Shown here: piece by piece, positions 10,416 to 19,612 of the stretch
How positions within the stretch are numbered: position 1 is the first letter of the stretch
Layout of the letters: the number at the start of each line of letters is the position of its first letter
Assembly: GCA_965240465.1 (NCBI GenBank)
Contig: OZ251219.1
Location: forward strand, 800,001-864,000
Reading direction: 5' to 3'
DNA from: a bacterium
GTDB lineage: Bacteria > SAR324 > JACQKK01
Length of the DNA: 64,000 nt
The notes under the pieces: generated by a model
What the model was told of the DNA's origin: nothing
What the model saw: the letters and a program-made list of their open reading frames with translations, nothing else
Databases searched by the model: none
Program-made: the position numbers and the translations under genes

Positions 10416-12347
10416 GTGCAAAGATTATCACTACTTTCGGCTTGTATTTTCGCTCTATTTTTAGCTAGCTGCGGGGGGAGCGGGGGAGGTGGAGTTGCTG
10501 ACCAAGACGGCGATGGCGTCCCCGACAGCAAGGATCTGTGCAAAAATAGCCTTGACGAGAACTTCATCAGCAGTAGCATCACCGACGCCGACAGCGATGG
10601 TTGTCGGGATGCTGGCGAGGATACCGATGACGACAATGACACCGTCCTAGATGTCGATGACGTGGATGATGATAATGACGGTCTGATAGAAATTCACGAT
10701 GCTACCGAGCTGAATAACATCCGCAATAATTTGTATGGCACTCATTATAATGATCTCTATAATTCATCTAACGCAGGCTGTCCTACTGCTGATCCCGTAG
10801 GTCCTACTACTGATCCCGTAGGTCCTACTACTGATCCCGTAGGTTGCAAGGGCTATGAACTAACTAATGACATCAGATTAGCGGATCTAACTGGCACTGA
10901 CACTAGCAACTGGGTTCCCGTTGGTAGAGCTACAAGTAGATATTTTTTCACCGCTATCTTAGAAGGCAATGGCAATACCATCAGTAACCTTATCATAGTT
11001 AGTGATACCCAAAATATTGGATTTTTTTTGGCATTGTATGGGACGGTCCAAAATTTGTCCTTTGTAGAAGGTTCAATTATCAGTACGCGCAGTAGCGATA
11101 TCAAAAGCTCCAGCAGGATAGGGGTTTTGGCAGGTAGGAATAATGGAACAATATCGGGTGTTACTGCTGGGCTTTCGGTATCTGCCGGCCCAGGTAGATA
11201 TAACTATGTGGGTGGCTTGGTGGGTAGTAATTATGGTGCTGGCATCATTCAAAATAGCTCTGCCACTGGCACTGTGAATGTTGGTAATGGTAATGATAAT
11301 TATAATTATGCAGGTGGTTTGGTAGGTGAAAATCTTGGTGGCAACATTCAGAATAGCTATGCCACTGGCACTGTGAATGGCAATGCTGGTAATGACACTT
11401 TAGGCGGCTTGCTGGGCTCTTCTTCTTCTAATGGCAACATTCAGAATAGCTATGCCACGGGCACTGTGAATGGCAATGCTGGTAATGACACTTTAGGCAG
11501 CTTGGTGGGCTCTTCTTCTTCTAATGCCACCATTCAGAATAGCTATGCCACTGGCACTGTGAATGGCAATGTTGGTAATGACACTTTAGGCGGCTTGGTG
11601 GGTAATCTTTTTGGCACCATTCAAGATAGCTATGCCACGGGCACTCTGAATGGCAATGCTGGCGATGACTATGTAGGCGGCTTGCTGGGTTATTCTGAGG
11701 GCAGCACTCAAAATAGCTATGCCACTGGCAATATTACTGGCAATGCTGGCGAGGACTATGTAGGCGGCTTGGCGGGTTATCTTTTTAATGCCACCACTCA
11801 GAATAGCTATGCCACTGGTACTGTGAATGGCAATGCTGGCGAGGACTATGTGGGAGGCTTGGTGGGTTATTTTCTTAATGGCACCATTCAGAATATCTAT
11901 GCCACTGGCAATATTACTGGCGGTGCTGATAATGACCTTGTAGGCGGCTTGGTGGGATATGCTGATAGTGGTGGAACCATCAGTAACAGTTATTCCTTAA
12001 GCGATGTGGATGGGGGCAGGGGAGCAGACAGAGTGGGACGCTTGCTTGGCATTAAAGATTCAGGTATAACACCAACCAACATCTATTATCATAGTGGTAG
12101 TACCCTAAGCAACGGGACCGAATTAGCCATTGGAACGTCCAGCGATGACTTGAAAGCCTTGACTGCCACTGGTACAGGCTGGAATGCTTTCAACTGGGAT
12201 TTTGGTTCAACAAGCCAATACCCCAGCCTCAAGTCTTATACAGAAGATACTGACGCCAGTGGCAACCCTATCCAAATTGATGGCACTCTACTCTGTGGGC
12301 AATTACCCGAAGCTGACTTCGTTCAGTGTCCTATGCCTACGCCTTAA
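10416..12347 (+). CDS. Surface lipoprotein paralog 4: very short TSP3-like stalk plus GLUG-repeat head
   Basis: GTG at 10416 is homologous to the ATG of paralogs 2 and 3. Lipobox FLAS-C, about 65-aa stalk, GLUG repeats, WDFGSTSQYPSLKSY tail. Confidence 0.85.
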   Translation: MQRLSLLSACIFALFLASCGGSGGGGVADQDGDGVPDSKDLCKNSLDENFISSSITDADSDGCRDAGEDTDDDNDTVLDVDDVDDDNDGLIEIHDATELNNIRNNLYGTHYNDLYNSSNAGCPTADPVGPTTDPVGPTTDPVGCKGYELTNDIRLADLTGTDTSNWVPVGRATSRYFFTAILEGNGNTISNLIIVSDTQNIGFFLALYGTVQNLSFVEGSIISTRSSDIKSSSRIGVLAGRNNGTISGVTAGLSVSAGPGRYNYVGGLVGSNYGAGIIQNSSATGTVNVGNGNDNYNYAGGLVGENLGGNIQNSYATGTVNGNAGNDTLGGLLGSSSSNGNIQNSYATGTVNGNAGNDTLGSLVGSSSSNATIQNSYATGTVNGNVGNDTLGGLVGNLFGTIQDSYATGTLNGNAGDDYVGGLLGYSEGSTQNSYATGNITGNAGEDYVGGLAGYLFNATTQNSYATGTVNGNAGEDYVGGLVGYFLNGTIQNIYATGNITGGADNDLVGGLVGYADSGGTISNSYSLSDVDGGRGADRVGRLLGIKDSGITPTNIYYHSGSTLSNGTELAIGTSSDDLKALTATGTGWNAFNWDFGSTSQYPSLKSYTEDTDASGNPIQIDGTLLCGQLPEADFVQCPMPTP

Positions 12348-12406
12348 TCTCCTACGGGGGAGAGGGTTAGAGCAGGGAGAGAGGGAAGGAGAGGGGGAGG
12401 GGGGCA

Positions 12407-13795
12407 TCAGTCCAGAGGAATGTGTTGCCCTGAGTGTATTAGGAATTTACCCTCAGGAAGAGGATCTGAGATAAAATGGGTATGCATGAAAGCTACTTTG
12501 GTTTTGAGTTTCAGGTAGTCATGGAAGTCGCCATGGATGAGTCCACCGCCGACATCTGCGATGACCAGTTGTTCTTGTCCGTTGGGAAATTGCTTAAACA
12601 TTTGATAACGCTCGGGAGGAAGCACGTCGGCAGCGTTCATTTTTTCTAGTATCTCATAGGAGACATGGTCTCCGGTGAGGTACAGTAGGGTTTCTTTGTC
12701 GTTATTGATTTTCATTCGTAGCCCTAGGGTGGGGATTGGGTGTATGGAGTGAAAGAAGAAGCATTGGGTGCCACAAATTAAATGAGGACTTAGATCTGGG
12801 GTAATAGGATGGAAGGAATGCATGGCTTGAGCTTCTGCTAGGGAGCAATCGTAGACGGCCATGAGTTTTACTAGCAAGCAGTAATAGATTTCCTTAGTGG
12901 TGTAGAGATTCAGAGGCTTATTGTGATTAACACATTCCACCACATCCAGATGATCTTCGTGTACGTGGGAGAGTACTAGGGCATCAATATCATAGAGGGT
13001 TATTTGGAGTTTTTTAAGGTGGCAAGACAGATAGGAGGGACTATCCCAGAGCATTAATTTTTCCTTGAGGCGGAAAATATATCCATTGGCGGGGTTATTG
13101 GGATCAAAGCCGTTGCTACCGCCGAGCACGATAATTTCGTTAGTGTCGGAGGATTTATCTAATGGTTTATGTGTAAGGGGGTAGGGAGGTATTTGTTCAC
13201 CTGTAGTGGATATATCTATGGTCAGGGTTTGTTCTCCGTAGGAGACACTGTAGAGGCTATTTGCTATTTGCTGGATATAGATAGCAGGGGAGGAGTTTTT
13301 TTCGGGATACAGGAGTTGTTTTTCATCGTTTTGGAGGGGATGGAATTCCACGATGTCCTGCAATTGGTAGGGTTTATCGGCATGGGGATTTTTAACTGCG
13401 AGGTGTTGAAATTCTTTATCTAGTTGTGTGGCTATTTGGGGTATTGTGCCTGAGTTGATCATTTCATCTTTGGTAGGTCCATAGATGGTAACTCGGAGCA
13501 TTTCGCTAATGCGTTTGCATTGGTTTATTTTTGCGAACACGCGAAATTTATGTCCGCGGTCTGGTCCTCGCTGGACGAAGAGAAAGTGGTAGAAGGGGAA
13601 TTCCAAAGCTACTTGGGAGCAGGATTGGTGATATAGTTGAGATGGTAGTACTACTGCTTCTGGCATGGGGAGTTTTTTAAGCAGGATAAATTTTAGTACT
13701 TCTGGTGGGCAACCGAACAAGATGTTACCTTGCAAGGTGCAGAGCAGTTGGGATCCTTTACAGATGGGAACAAGGGAGATTGTTTCGTTTCTCAT
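12407..13795 (-). CDS. MBL-fold metallo-hydrolase
   Basis: SHVHEDH metal-binding motif, HSIHPIPT and YLTGD motifs. Confidence 0.75.
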   Translation of the reverse strand: MRNETISLVPICKGSQLLCTLQGNILFGCPPEVLKFILLKKLPMPEAVVLPSQLYHQSCSQVALEFPFYHFLFVQRGPDRGHKFRVFAKINQCKRISEMLRVTIYGPTKDEMINSGTIPQIATQLDKEFQHLAVKNPHADKPYQLQDIVEFHPLQNDEKQLLYPEKNSSPAIYIQQIANSLYSVSYGEQTLTIDISTTGEQIPPYPLTHKPLDKSSDTNEIIVLGGSNGFDPNNPANGYIFRLKEKLMLWDSPSYLSCHLKKLQITLYDIDALVLSHVHEDHLDVVECVNHNKPLNLYTTKEIYYCLLVKLMAVYDCSLAEAQAMHSFHPITPDLSPHLICGTQCFFFHSIHPIPTLGLRMKINNDKETLLYLTGDHVSYEILEKMNAADVLPPERYQMFKQFPNGQEQLVIADVGGGLIHGDFHDYLKLKTKVAFMHTHFISDPLPEGKFLIHSGQHIPLD

Positions 13796-14229
13796 GAGAT
13801 TTTTTCCCTACAGAACGTCTGTAGATATTTGATGAGAGCAGGAATCTAGCCCCATTATCATAGGTTGATTGTTACTTATATTAAGGAGTTTGCTCATTAT
13901 ATTGGGATTATATTTGGCATTGTATTTGGGATTATTTTGCTTGATATATCTTGCTGTGCCTGTTGTCAGTATGAAGATCTGGGAACTTTATTGAGTATAA
14001 TATTAAAAGTTGTTACAGACAAGCCCATTATATTATATCCTTATTAAGAACAAATACAATGACAAAGAACGCACCTGCCAGTACTTTACTGTTGAACGGA
14101 TACCTTACTCATAAGTATTTTTGGCTCATAAGTATTCTTAGCATAGAATTTTGGTCAGTGCTGGGGGTTGTGGTGGTGGGGGGGGGGGGGGGGGGTATCA
14201 TTTAATAGGGATTGTTTAGCGGTTGGTTT

Positions 14230-16302
14230 TTAGTTTTTTAGTAGTTGGAGATAATCTTTAGTGATATTTAGAGCTTCTAGTAGCAGGGGGTCATCTTTTT
14301 GTTGATTATCGGCGTCATTTTTTTTCTTTTGCTGTTTTTTGTATTTGGTTTGTAGTCCTGCAACGGAGATGGTGGTTTTATTTTTGCGATGGGTAATATA
14401 TTCGCGGATTTCTTGGCGAATGTCTTTAAAGTGCGGGTTAGTTTTTCGGCGTTTTTCTGATAGTGCTTTCAGTTTAGTGGCTAAGGGTGCGATGTTATTG
14501 GCTTTGATGGATATTTTATCAGGCAGAGCATCCCAGGGAAGAGCATTTTTCAGGGCTGCTTCGCCGATGTCTAGGTGGCTGTTAAGCGAGGGGAAGATAA
14601 TATCTGGTACCACTCCTTTTTTTTGGGTGGAAGAATGGCTAGGACGATAGAATTGAGCGACTGTAGCCCTAAGTGCCCCGAGGTCTTTTCTTAGAGTAAT
14701 GATGTTTTGGACTGTTCCCTTTCCAAAGGTAGAGCTATCTCCCACCAGCACTGCCCGACCGTAGTCTTTCAGAGCACCGGCTACAATCTCCGATGCCGAA
14801 GCACTAAAGCGGTCTATCAAGACGACCAGCGGACCTTTATAGAAGGCTTGTTTTTGCTTTCCATCATAGCTAGATACACTTTTAAGATAACGAACCTTCA
14901 CCATAACAGATTTAGGAATAAACAGATTACTCATATTGATGGCTTCATCAAGAGACCCTCCGCTATTGCCTCTGAGATCCAGCAGAACGGCATCAATGGA
15001 CTGATCTACAAAACTGGCAAGGATTTTTTTTACGTCCCGAGTGCTACTTTTGTAGTTGCGATTGCCCCGTCTTTTTTGGGCAAAATCTTGATAAAATGAC
15101 GGCAAAACAATGACCCCTATTTTAATCGTACCAGCAGGCATTTCAGAAGGCATTCCAGAAGGCATTCCAGAAGACATTTCCAGCTGATGAATACTACTTT
15201 GAGCTTCTGATTCCTTCAGTTCTATTTTGTCTCTGCGGATGCTGATCTTCAACGATTTTGTAAATTCGCCAGTTTCGCGTATCAAGCTCAGTCTTACGAT
15301 AGTTCCTCTTTTACCTCTGATCAATTTTACGACTTCTCCCAGTGGTTGGTGGGTTACATCCTCCATTTTTCTGATCCTGCCCTGCCCAACGGCTACGATT
15401 CTATCAGCAGGTTTTAAGCCTTTATGGCGGGCTGCTGCTCCTCCGGGAACAATGGTGTTAACGACGGTATAGCCATCTTCCCAACGCAGTGTAGCCCCAA
15501 TGCCCTCCAGAGAAAGACGCATGGCAATGTTGAAATTGTCTAAATCATCTTGGTTGAGATAAGCTGAATGGGGATCATAAGAATAAGCGTAGGCGTTTAG
15601 AAACAAGCTCACGATGTTTTTATCTTTCAGCTGCTGATGACGCAACCAGACACTTCGGTAGCGTCTTCTAAGAGTTTCAAGAGTTTCTTTAGAACTCTTA
15701 CCTGAGGATTGTTCTTTCAGCTGCTCATGGTATAGTCTAGCTTGCCAGATTTTTTCAGCATCGGTACGACTACGAGGCCAATCAGCCGCAGAACGATCTA
15801 GCCAGATTTTTTGAGGGGCAATTACCACCACTGGTTTTTTCAGCAGTTTCTCAATGAAATTTTTTCTTTCCAGCAAGCGTTTCTTAAATCGCTTATGGAT
15901 TGCAAATGCCAATTTTACTTGCCCGCGGGGCAAGTCATTAACGAGCTGTGGAATATTACCTTGGAACTCCTTCACATCAGCAGCGAGGAAATAGCTGCGT
16001 TCGGCATCCAGGATGGTGAGATATTGCTCCAATGTGGAGCGTGCCAATTTATTGTTGTACGGCAAACGCGATAAATGATTGTTCTGCAGTTTCTTGACGA
16101 TATAACTCAGGTCTGCCTGAGAGTAGCTTTCTTGTGCCCTGGACTTTGCGGGGGCAAGGAACAAGATAGCGATCGCCAGCAACAGGCAAAGCATTCTTCC
16201 CTTACCCTTAGCAATTTTGCGTTGCTTTTTAGGCAGGTTCACATCCGCAGATTGCCACTTGGGTACAGGCGGGATACTAAGGTCAAGATGATCAAAATTC
16301 AT
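14230..16302 (-). CDS. prc: Carboxy-terminal processing protease (S41, Prc/Tsp)
   Basis: DPHSAY, LEGIGATL, PDZ segment, DLRGNSGGSL, SASASEI, GKGTVQ. The start may instead be the ATG at 16194. Confidence 0.92.
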   Translation of the reverse strand: MNFDHLDLSIPPVPKWQSADVNLPKKQRKIAKGKGRMLCLLLAIAILFLAPAKSRAQESYSQADLSYIVKKLQNNHLSRLPYNNKLARSTLEQYLTILDAERSYFLAADVKEFQGNIPQLVNDLPRGQVKLAFAIHKRFKKRLLERKNFIEKLLKKPVVVIAPQKIWLDRSAADWPRSRTDAEKIWQARLYHEQLKEQSSGKSSKETLETLRRRYRSVWLRHQQLKDKNIVSLFLNAYAYSYDPHSAYLNQDDLDNFNIAMRLSLEGIGATLRWEDGYTVVNTIVPGGAAARHKGLKPADRIVAVGQGRIRKMEDVTHQPLGEVVKLIRGKRGTIVRLSLIRETGEFTKSLKISIRRDKIELKESEAQSSIHQLEMSSGMPSGMPSEMPAGTIKIGVIVLPSFYQDFAQKRRGNRNYKSSTRDVKKILASFVDQSIDAVLLDLRGNSGGSLDEAINMSNLFIPKSVMVKVRYLKSVSSYDGKQKQAFYKGPLVVLIDRFSASASEIVAGALKDYGRAVLVGDSSTFGKGTVQNIITLRKDLGALRATVAQFYRPSHSSTQKKGVVPDIIFPSLNSHLDIGEAALKNALPWDALPDKISIKANNIAPLATKLKALSEKRRKTNPHFKDIRQEIREYITHRKNKTTISVAGLQTKYKKQQKKKNDADNQQKDDPLLLEALNITKDYLQLLKN

Positions 16303-16381
16303 GTATTAGGTACAGCGAGTGGTTTGACTTAATCTATGTTTAATGTAGCATGGGTTGATGGCAATGAGGAAGTATGAAATT

Positions 16382-16665
16382 CCTTATGAAGTGCCTTTTA
16401 TGAGATGCCTTATGAAGTACCTTATGAAGTGCCTTTTATGAGATGCCTTATGAGATGCCTTATGAAGTACCTTATGAAGTGCCTTTTATGAGATGCCTTA
16501 TGAAGTACCTTATGAAGTACCTTATGAAGTGCCTTTTATGAGATGCCTTATGAAGTACCTTATGAAGTGCCTTTTATGAGATGCCTTATGAAGTACCTTA
16601 TGAAGTGCCTTTTATGAGATGCCTTATGAAATGTCTTTTATGAGATGCCTTATGAAGTGCCTTTT
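16382..16665. repeat. Composite 12/14-bp tandem array (CCTTATGAAGT(A/G), CCTTTTATGAGATG)
   Basis: About 22 contiguous units between divergent prc and the Trm112-like gene, with no unique spacers. Confidence 0.95.
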
Positions 16666-16701
16666 GCGGTTTAAGTTATTTATTGTTTTGAGTTTTGCTG
16701 A

Positions 16702-16974
16702 ATGCCTATAAGCTCTGAGTTGTTAGCCCTGCTGATTTGCCCAGCCACAAAATCTTCCCTGCGGCTAGCTACCCCAGCATTGATTAAGCAGCTGAATCGG
16801 GCGATTGCTTCAGGACGGCTAAAAAATCGGGGTGGACAAGTAGTGGACACACCACTGGAAGAAGGTTTGATGAGTGCTGATAATCAATGGCTGTATGCAG
16901 TGAGAAATGATGTCCCAGTCATGCTGATAGCAGAGGCTCTGCCTTTGTCAGGGTTTCTAACTGCTGAGGATTAA
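16702..16974 (+). CDS. Trm112-like (UPF0434/YcaR) protein
   Basis: LLALLICP at the N-terminus and YAVRNDVPVML at the C-terminus. Confidence 0.75.
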   Translation: MPISSELLALLICPATKSSLRLATPALIKQLNRAIASGRLKNRGGQVVDTPLEEGLMSADNQWLYAVRNDVPVMLIAEALPLSGFLTAED

Positions 16975-16997
16975 GGTACTGTGGACTTCAGTGCCAG

Positions 16998-17038
16998 CAA
17001 AATAGTCTAACCAAAATAGTCTAACCAAAATAGTCTGA
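16998..17038. repeat. 14-bp tandem repeat x3 (CAAAATAGTCTAAC)
   Basis: Directly upstream of the bolA RBS. Confidence 0.9.
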
Positions 17039-17050
17039 CTAGGATAAACC

Positions 17051-17314
17051 ATGACCATCCCTTTATCAAAATTACGCCACTTGCTAGAGCAAGCCTTTGT
17101 TGATGGTCTGGTATTGCTGGAATGTCCCCGAGCGGATGATAATCATTTTCAATGTGTGGTAGTATCCCAGCGTTTTGAGGGATGTACTCAGGTATCCCAA
17201 CATAAGATGGTCTACCAAGCCTTAGGAAGCTTGATGGGCGAAGAAGTACACGCCCTGGCTCTGCAAACCTATACCCCAAAAGATTGGCAAGCAGCTCAAC
17301 AACAAACGAATTAA
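17051..17314 (+). CDS. BolA/IbaG family protein
   Basis: HFQCVVVSQRFEG, QHKMVYQAL and VHALALQTYTP motifs. Confidence 0.9.
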   Translation: MTIPLSKLRHLLEQAFVDGLVLLECPRADDNHFQCVVVSQRFEGCTQVSQHKMVYQALGSLMGEEVHALALQTYTPKDWQAAQQQTN

Positions 17315-17377
17315 GATGCTCGCATTTTAAGATGTTCGCCACCAGCTATGGTCTCCACCTTATTCCTTGACTAGCCG

Positions 17378-18238
17378 ATGACCTTCATCCGTTTGCTGAT
17401 ATTACTGGTGTTAGGCTGGGGGGTTGCTCTGGGATTGATGAGCATCAGACCAGAATTACCTCCCCCGCCTAAGGCCAAGCCGATAGGGAATGCTACCATC
17501 GGCACTCTGACCAGCTTGATGGAAAAACAGCTTCAACATCTTAGCGGCTGGCTACCCAACGATACCCCGCTCGGACCAGGTAGCTGGCTGGACAACGCCG
17601 CTAATGAGCAACTGGGATTACTCAGCGTTTTGCGTTCTGTTTTGAAGGCAGTCCGAGATCAAGCCTCCCGCTCGCAGAATGCTCTCAATCGTGAGGTTGA
17701 TCTGGCTTATTCTTCTTGGTCTGTTGACCCCCGCCGTTGGAATAGTCCTGCTCCAGAAATCCTTTACTTGCGAGGCATTGATGCCTTAAATCGCTACCGA
17801 GACATGCTCAGAAATGGGCAAGCTCAATTTAACACCACCCCCGATAGCATTAACGCCATGCTACAAGCGATATCCACCAGCCTCTCTCAACAAGTTTCCC
17901 TGCTCTCTGCAGACCAAGAAATATTCACCACCCAAAGAGATGACCTATTCTATCAATCCCGAGGAACAGCCCTGGCCTCCCACTTGCTGCTTCAAGCACT
18001 GCTGGCAGATTTTCAATCTTTCTTTTCGGAGCTCTCCGACCAAAGCTCTACCGAGCAAGTATTGAACCTCCTGCAACAAGCCCTTAAATCACTACAGCGT
18101 GCAGACTTCCGCCCCCTGATAATCACCCAAGGACGCGGCCCCAGCCTCACTGCAGATCACATCCAGCGTATCCGCCAACCACTCCGACAATCCCTGGAGT
18201 ACCTAAGAAAAGCTAGCTTGATAGTGGAAGATCTGTAG
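17378..18238 (+). CDS. DUF2333-like membrane-anchored protein
   Basis: N-terminal TM segment; WLPND...WLDN and DDLFYQSRG resemble DUF2333. Confidence 0.6.
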   Translation: MTFIRLLILLVLGWGVALGLMSIRPELPPPPKAKPIGNATIGTLTSLMEKQLQHLSGWLPNDTPLGPGSWLDNAANEQLGLLSVLRSVLKAVRDQASRSQNALNREVDLAYSSWSVDPRRWNSPAPEILYLRGIDALNRYRDMLRNGQAQFNTTPDSINAMLQAISTSLSQQVSLLSADQEIFTTQRDDLFYQSRGTALASHLLLQALLADFQSFFSELSDQSSTEQVLNLLQQALKSLQRADFRPLIITQGRGPSLTADHIQRIRQPLRQSLEYLRKASLIVEDL

Positions 18239-18242
18239 TAGC

Positions 18243-18335
18243 TTCTCAGCATGTCTTTCTCAGCATGTCTTTCTCAGCATGTCTTTCTCAGCATGTCTTT
18301 CTCAGCATGTCTTTCTCAGCATGTCTTTCTCAGCA
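18243..18335. repeat. 14-bp tandem repeat x6.6 (TTCTCAGCATGTCT)
   Basis: Perfect units starting 4 bp after the upstream stop codon. Confidence 0.95.
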
Positions 18336-18449
18336 CGAACCTAGCATGCCATCTTCAATGATTTGTTCTACTTAAATCATGCTACAATGGCTATTGTTAT
18401 TCACTAGCATAATACAAGCTCCAAAGCTAAACAGACCTGAAAATGAAGC

Positions 18450-19436
18450 ATGGCTAATTTAATTCAACCTCCCGCTTGGCAGCTGCCTGAATCAGCGGCT
18501 ACTCCAGAGCACATCTACCTTAAAAGACGCCAACTATTGCAAGGCATGGGTTTCCTCGGAGTGGGGGCTTTGGCTACCTTAGGCTTACCCGAGCCTGCTC
18601 AAGCTCGCACCACCGTGGCAGACACTCTTAAGGGACTTAAAAAACTAAATGCAAGGACTGATAATCGCTTTACTACCAAACGAACGCTAACTCCTCACCT
18701 CACCGCTGCCCGTTACAACAATTTCTACGAATTTCATTCCCGTAAAAATGTTTGGTCTCAGGCACAAAAACTCAGCGTGCGTCCCTGGACAATCAAGGTA
18801 GACGGATTGGTAGCCAAGCCAAAAACCTTTGATATTGACTACCTGATAAGATCCATCCCCTTGGAAGAACGCATTTACCGCCTCCGCTGTGTAGAAGCAT
18901 GGAGCATGGTCGTTCCTTGGGTAGGTTTTCCCTTGAGTACCCTGATAAAAAAAGTACAACCCCTGTCAAATGCTCGCTTTATTCAACTGAAAACCTTCTT
19001 TAGACCAGAAGAAGCCCCAGCTCAAGCCCGTAAATCATTCTTTGCCAATGCCCTTCCCTGGCCCTACAACGAAGCCCTCACCATCCCTGAAGCCATGAAC
19101 GAACTTACCTTCCTAGCAGTAGGACTCTACGGACGACAACTCCCAAAACAAAACGGAGCCCCCATACGCTTGCTCACCCCTTGGAAATACGGCTTCAAAA
19201 GCATTAAGTCCATCGTCAGCATTACCTTTACCAGCCAGCAACCACCTACATTCTGGAACACCTTGGGGCCCAAGGAATATGGCTTCTTCTCCAATGTAGA
19301 CCCAAAAATCCCCCACCCCCGCTGGTCACAAGCATTTGAACGCGATATCGGCACCGAAAAACGCATTCCAACCCGATACTTAAATGGCTACCAAGCCTTC
19401 GTGGGACATCTTTACCAGCGTGGTCGCAATTATTAG
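18450..19436 (+). CDS. msrP: Protein-methionine-sulfoxide reductase catalytic subunit
   Basis: Twin-Arg signal (KRRQLL), YNNFYEF, RLRCVEAWSMVVPW, PWKYGFKSIKSI. Confidence 0.95.
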   Translation: MANLIQPPAWQLPESAATPEHIYLKRRQLLQGMGFLGVGALATLGLPEPAQARTTVADTLKGLKKLNARTDNRFTTKRTLTPHLTAARYNNFYEFHSRKNVWSQAQKLSVRPWTIKVDGLVAKPKTFDIDYLIRSIPLEERIYRLRCVEAWSMVVPWVGFPLSTLIKKVQPLSNARFIQLKTFFRPEEAPAQARKSFFANALPWPYNEALTIPEAMNELTFLAVGLYGRQLPKQNGAPIRLLTPWKYGFKSIKSIVSITFTSQQPPTFWNTLGPKEYGFFSNVDPKIPHPRWSQAFERDIGTEKRIPTRYLNGYQAFVGHLYQRGRNY

Positions 19437-19439
19437 CTA

Positions 19440-19560
19440 CCTTGCTTAGTTGCCTTGCTTAGTTGCCTTGCTTAGTTGCCTTGCTTAGTTGCCTTGCTTA
19501 GTTGCCTTGCTTAGTCACTCCTTGCTTAGTCACTCCTTGCTTAGTTGCCTTGCTTAGTTA
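19440..19560. repeat. 13/15-bp tandem array x9 (CCTTGCTTAGTTG, CCTTGCTTAGTCACT)
   Basis: Begins 3 bp after the msrP stop. Confidence 0.95.
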
Positions 19561-19612
19561 CTATTCCTAGTTATTTGACTTAAAACCGTCGCCCTAATTA
19601 TCTTTGGCATCC

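Noticed and set aside
1-12347. Diversity-generating retroelement acting on the heads
   Set aside because: No reverse transcriptase or template repeat seen, and paralog differences are not confined to adenines.
13865-14047. 60-aa ORF in AT-rich DNA
   Set aside because: TTG start, no clear RBS, no recognisable motif; probably the upstream region of the MBL gene.
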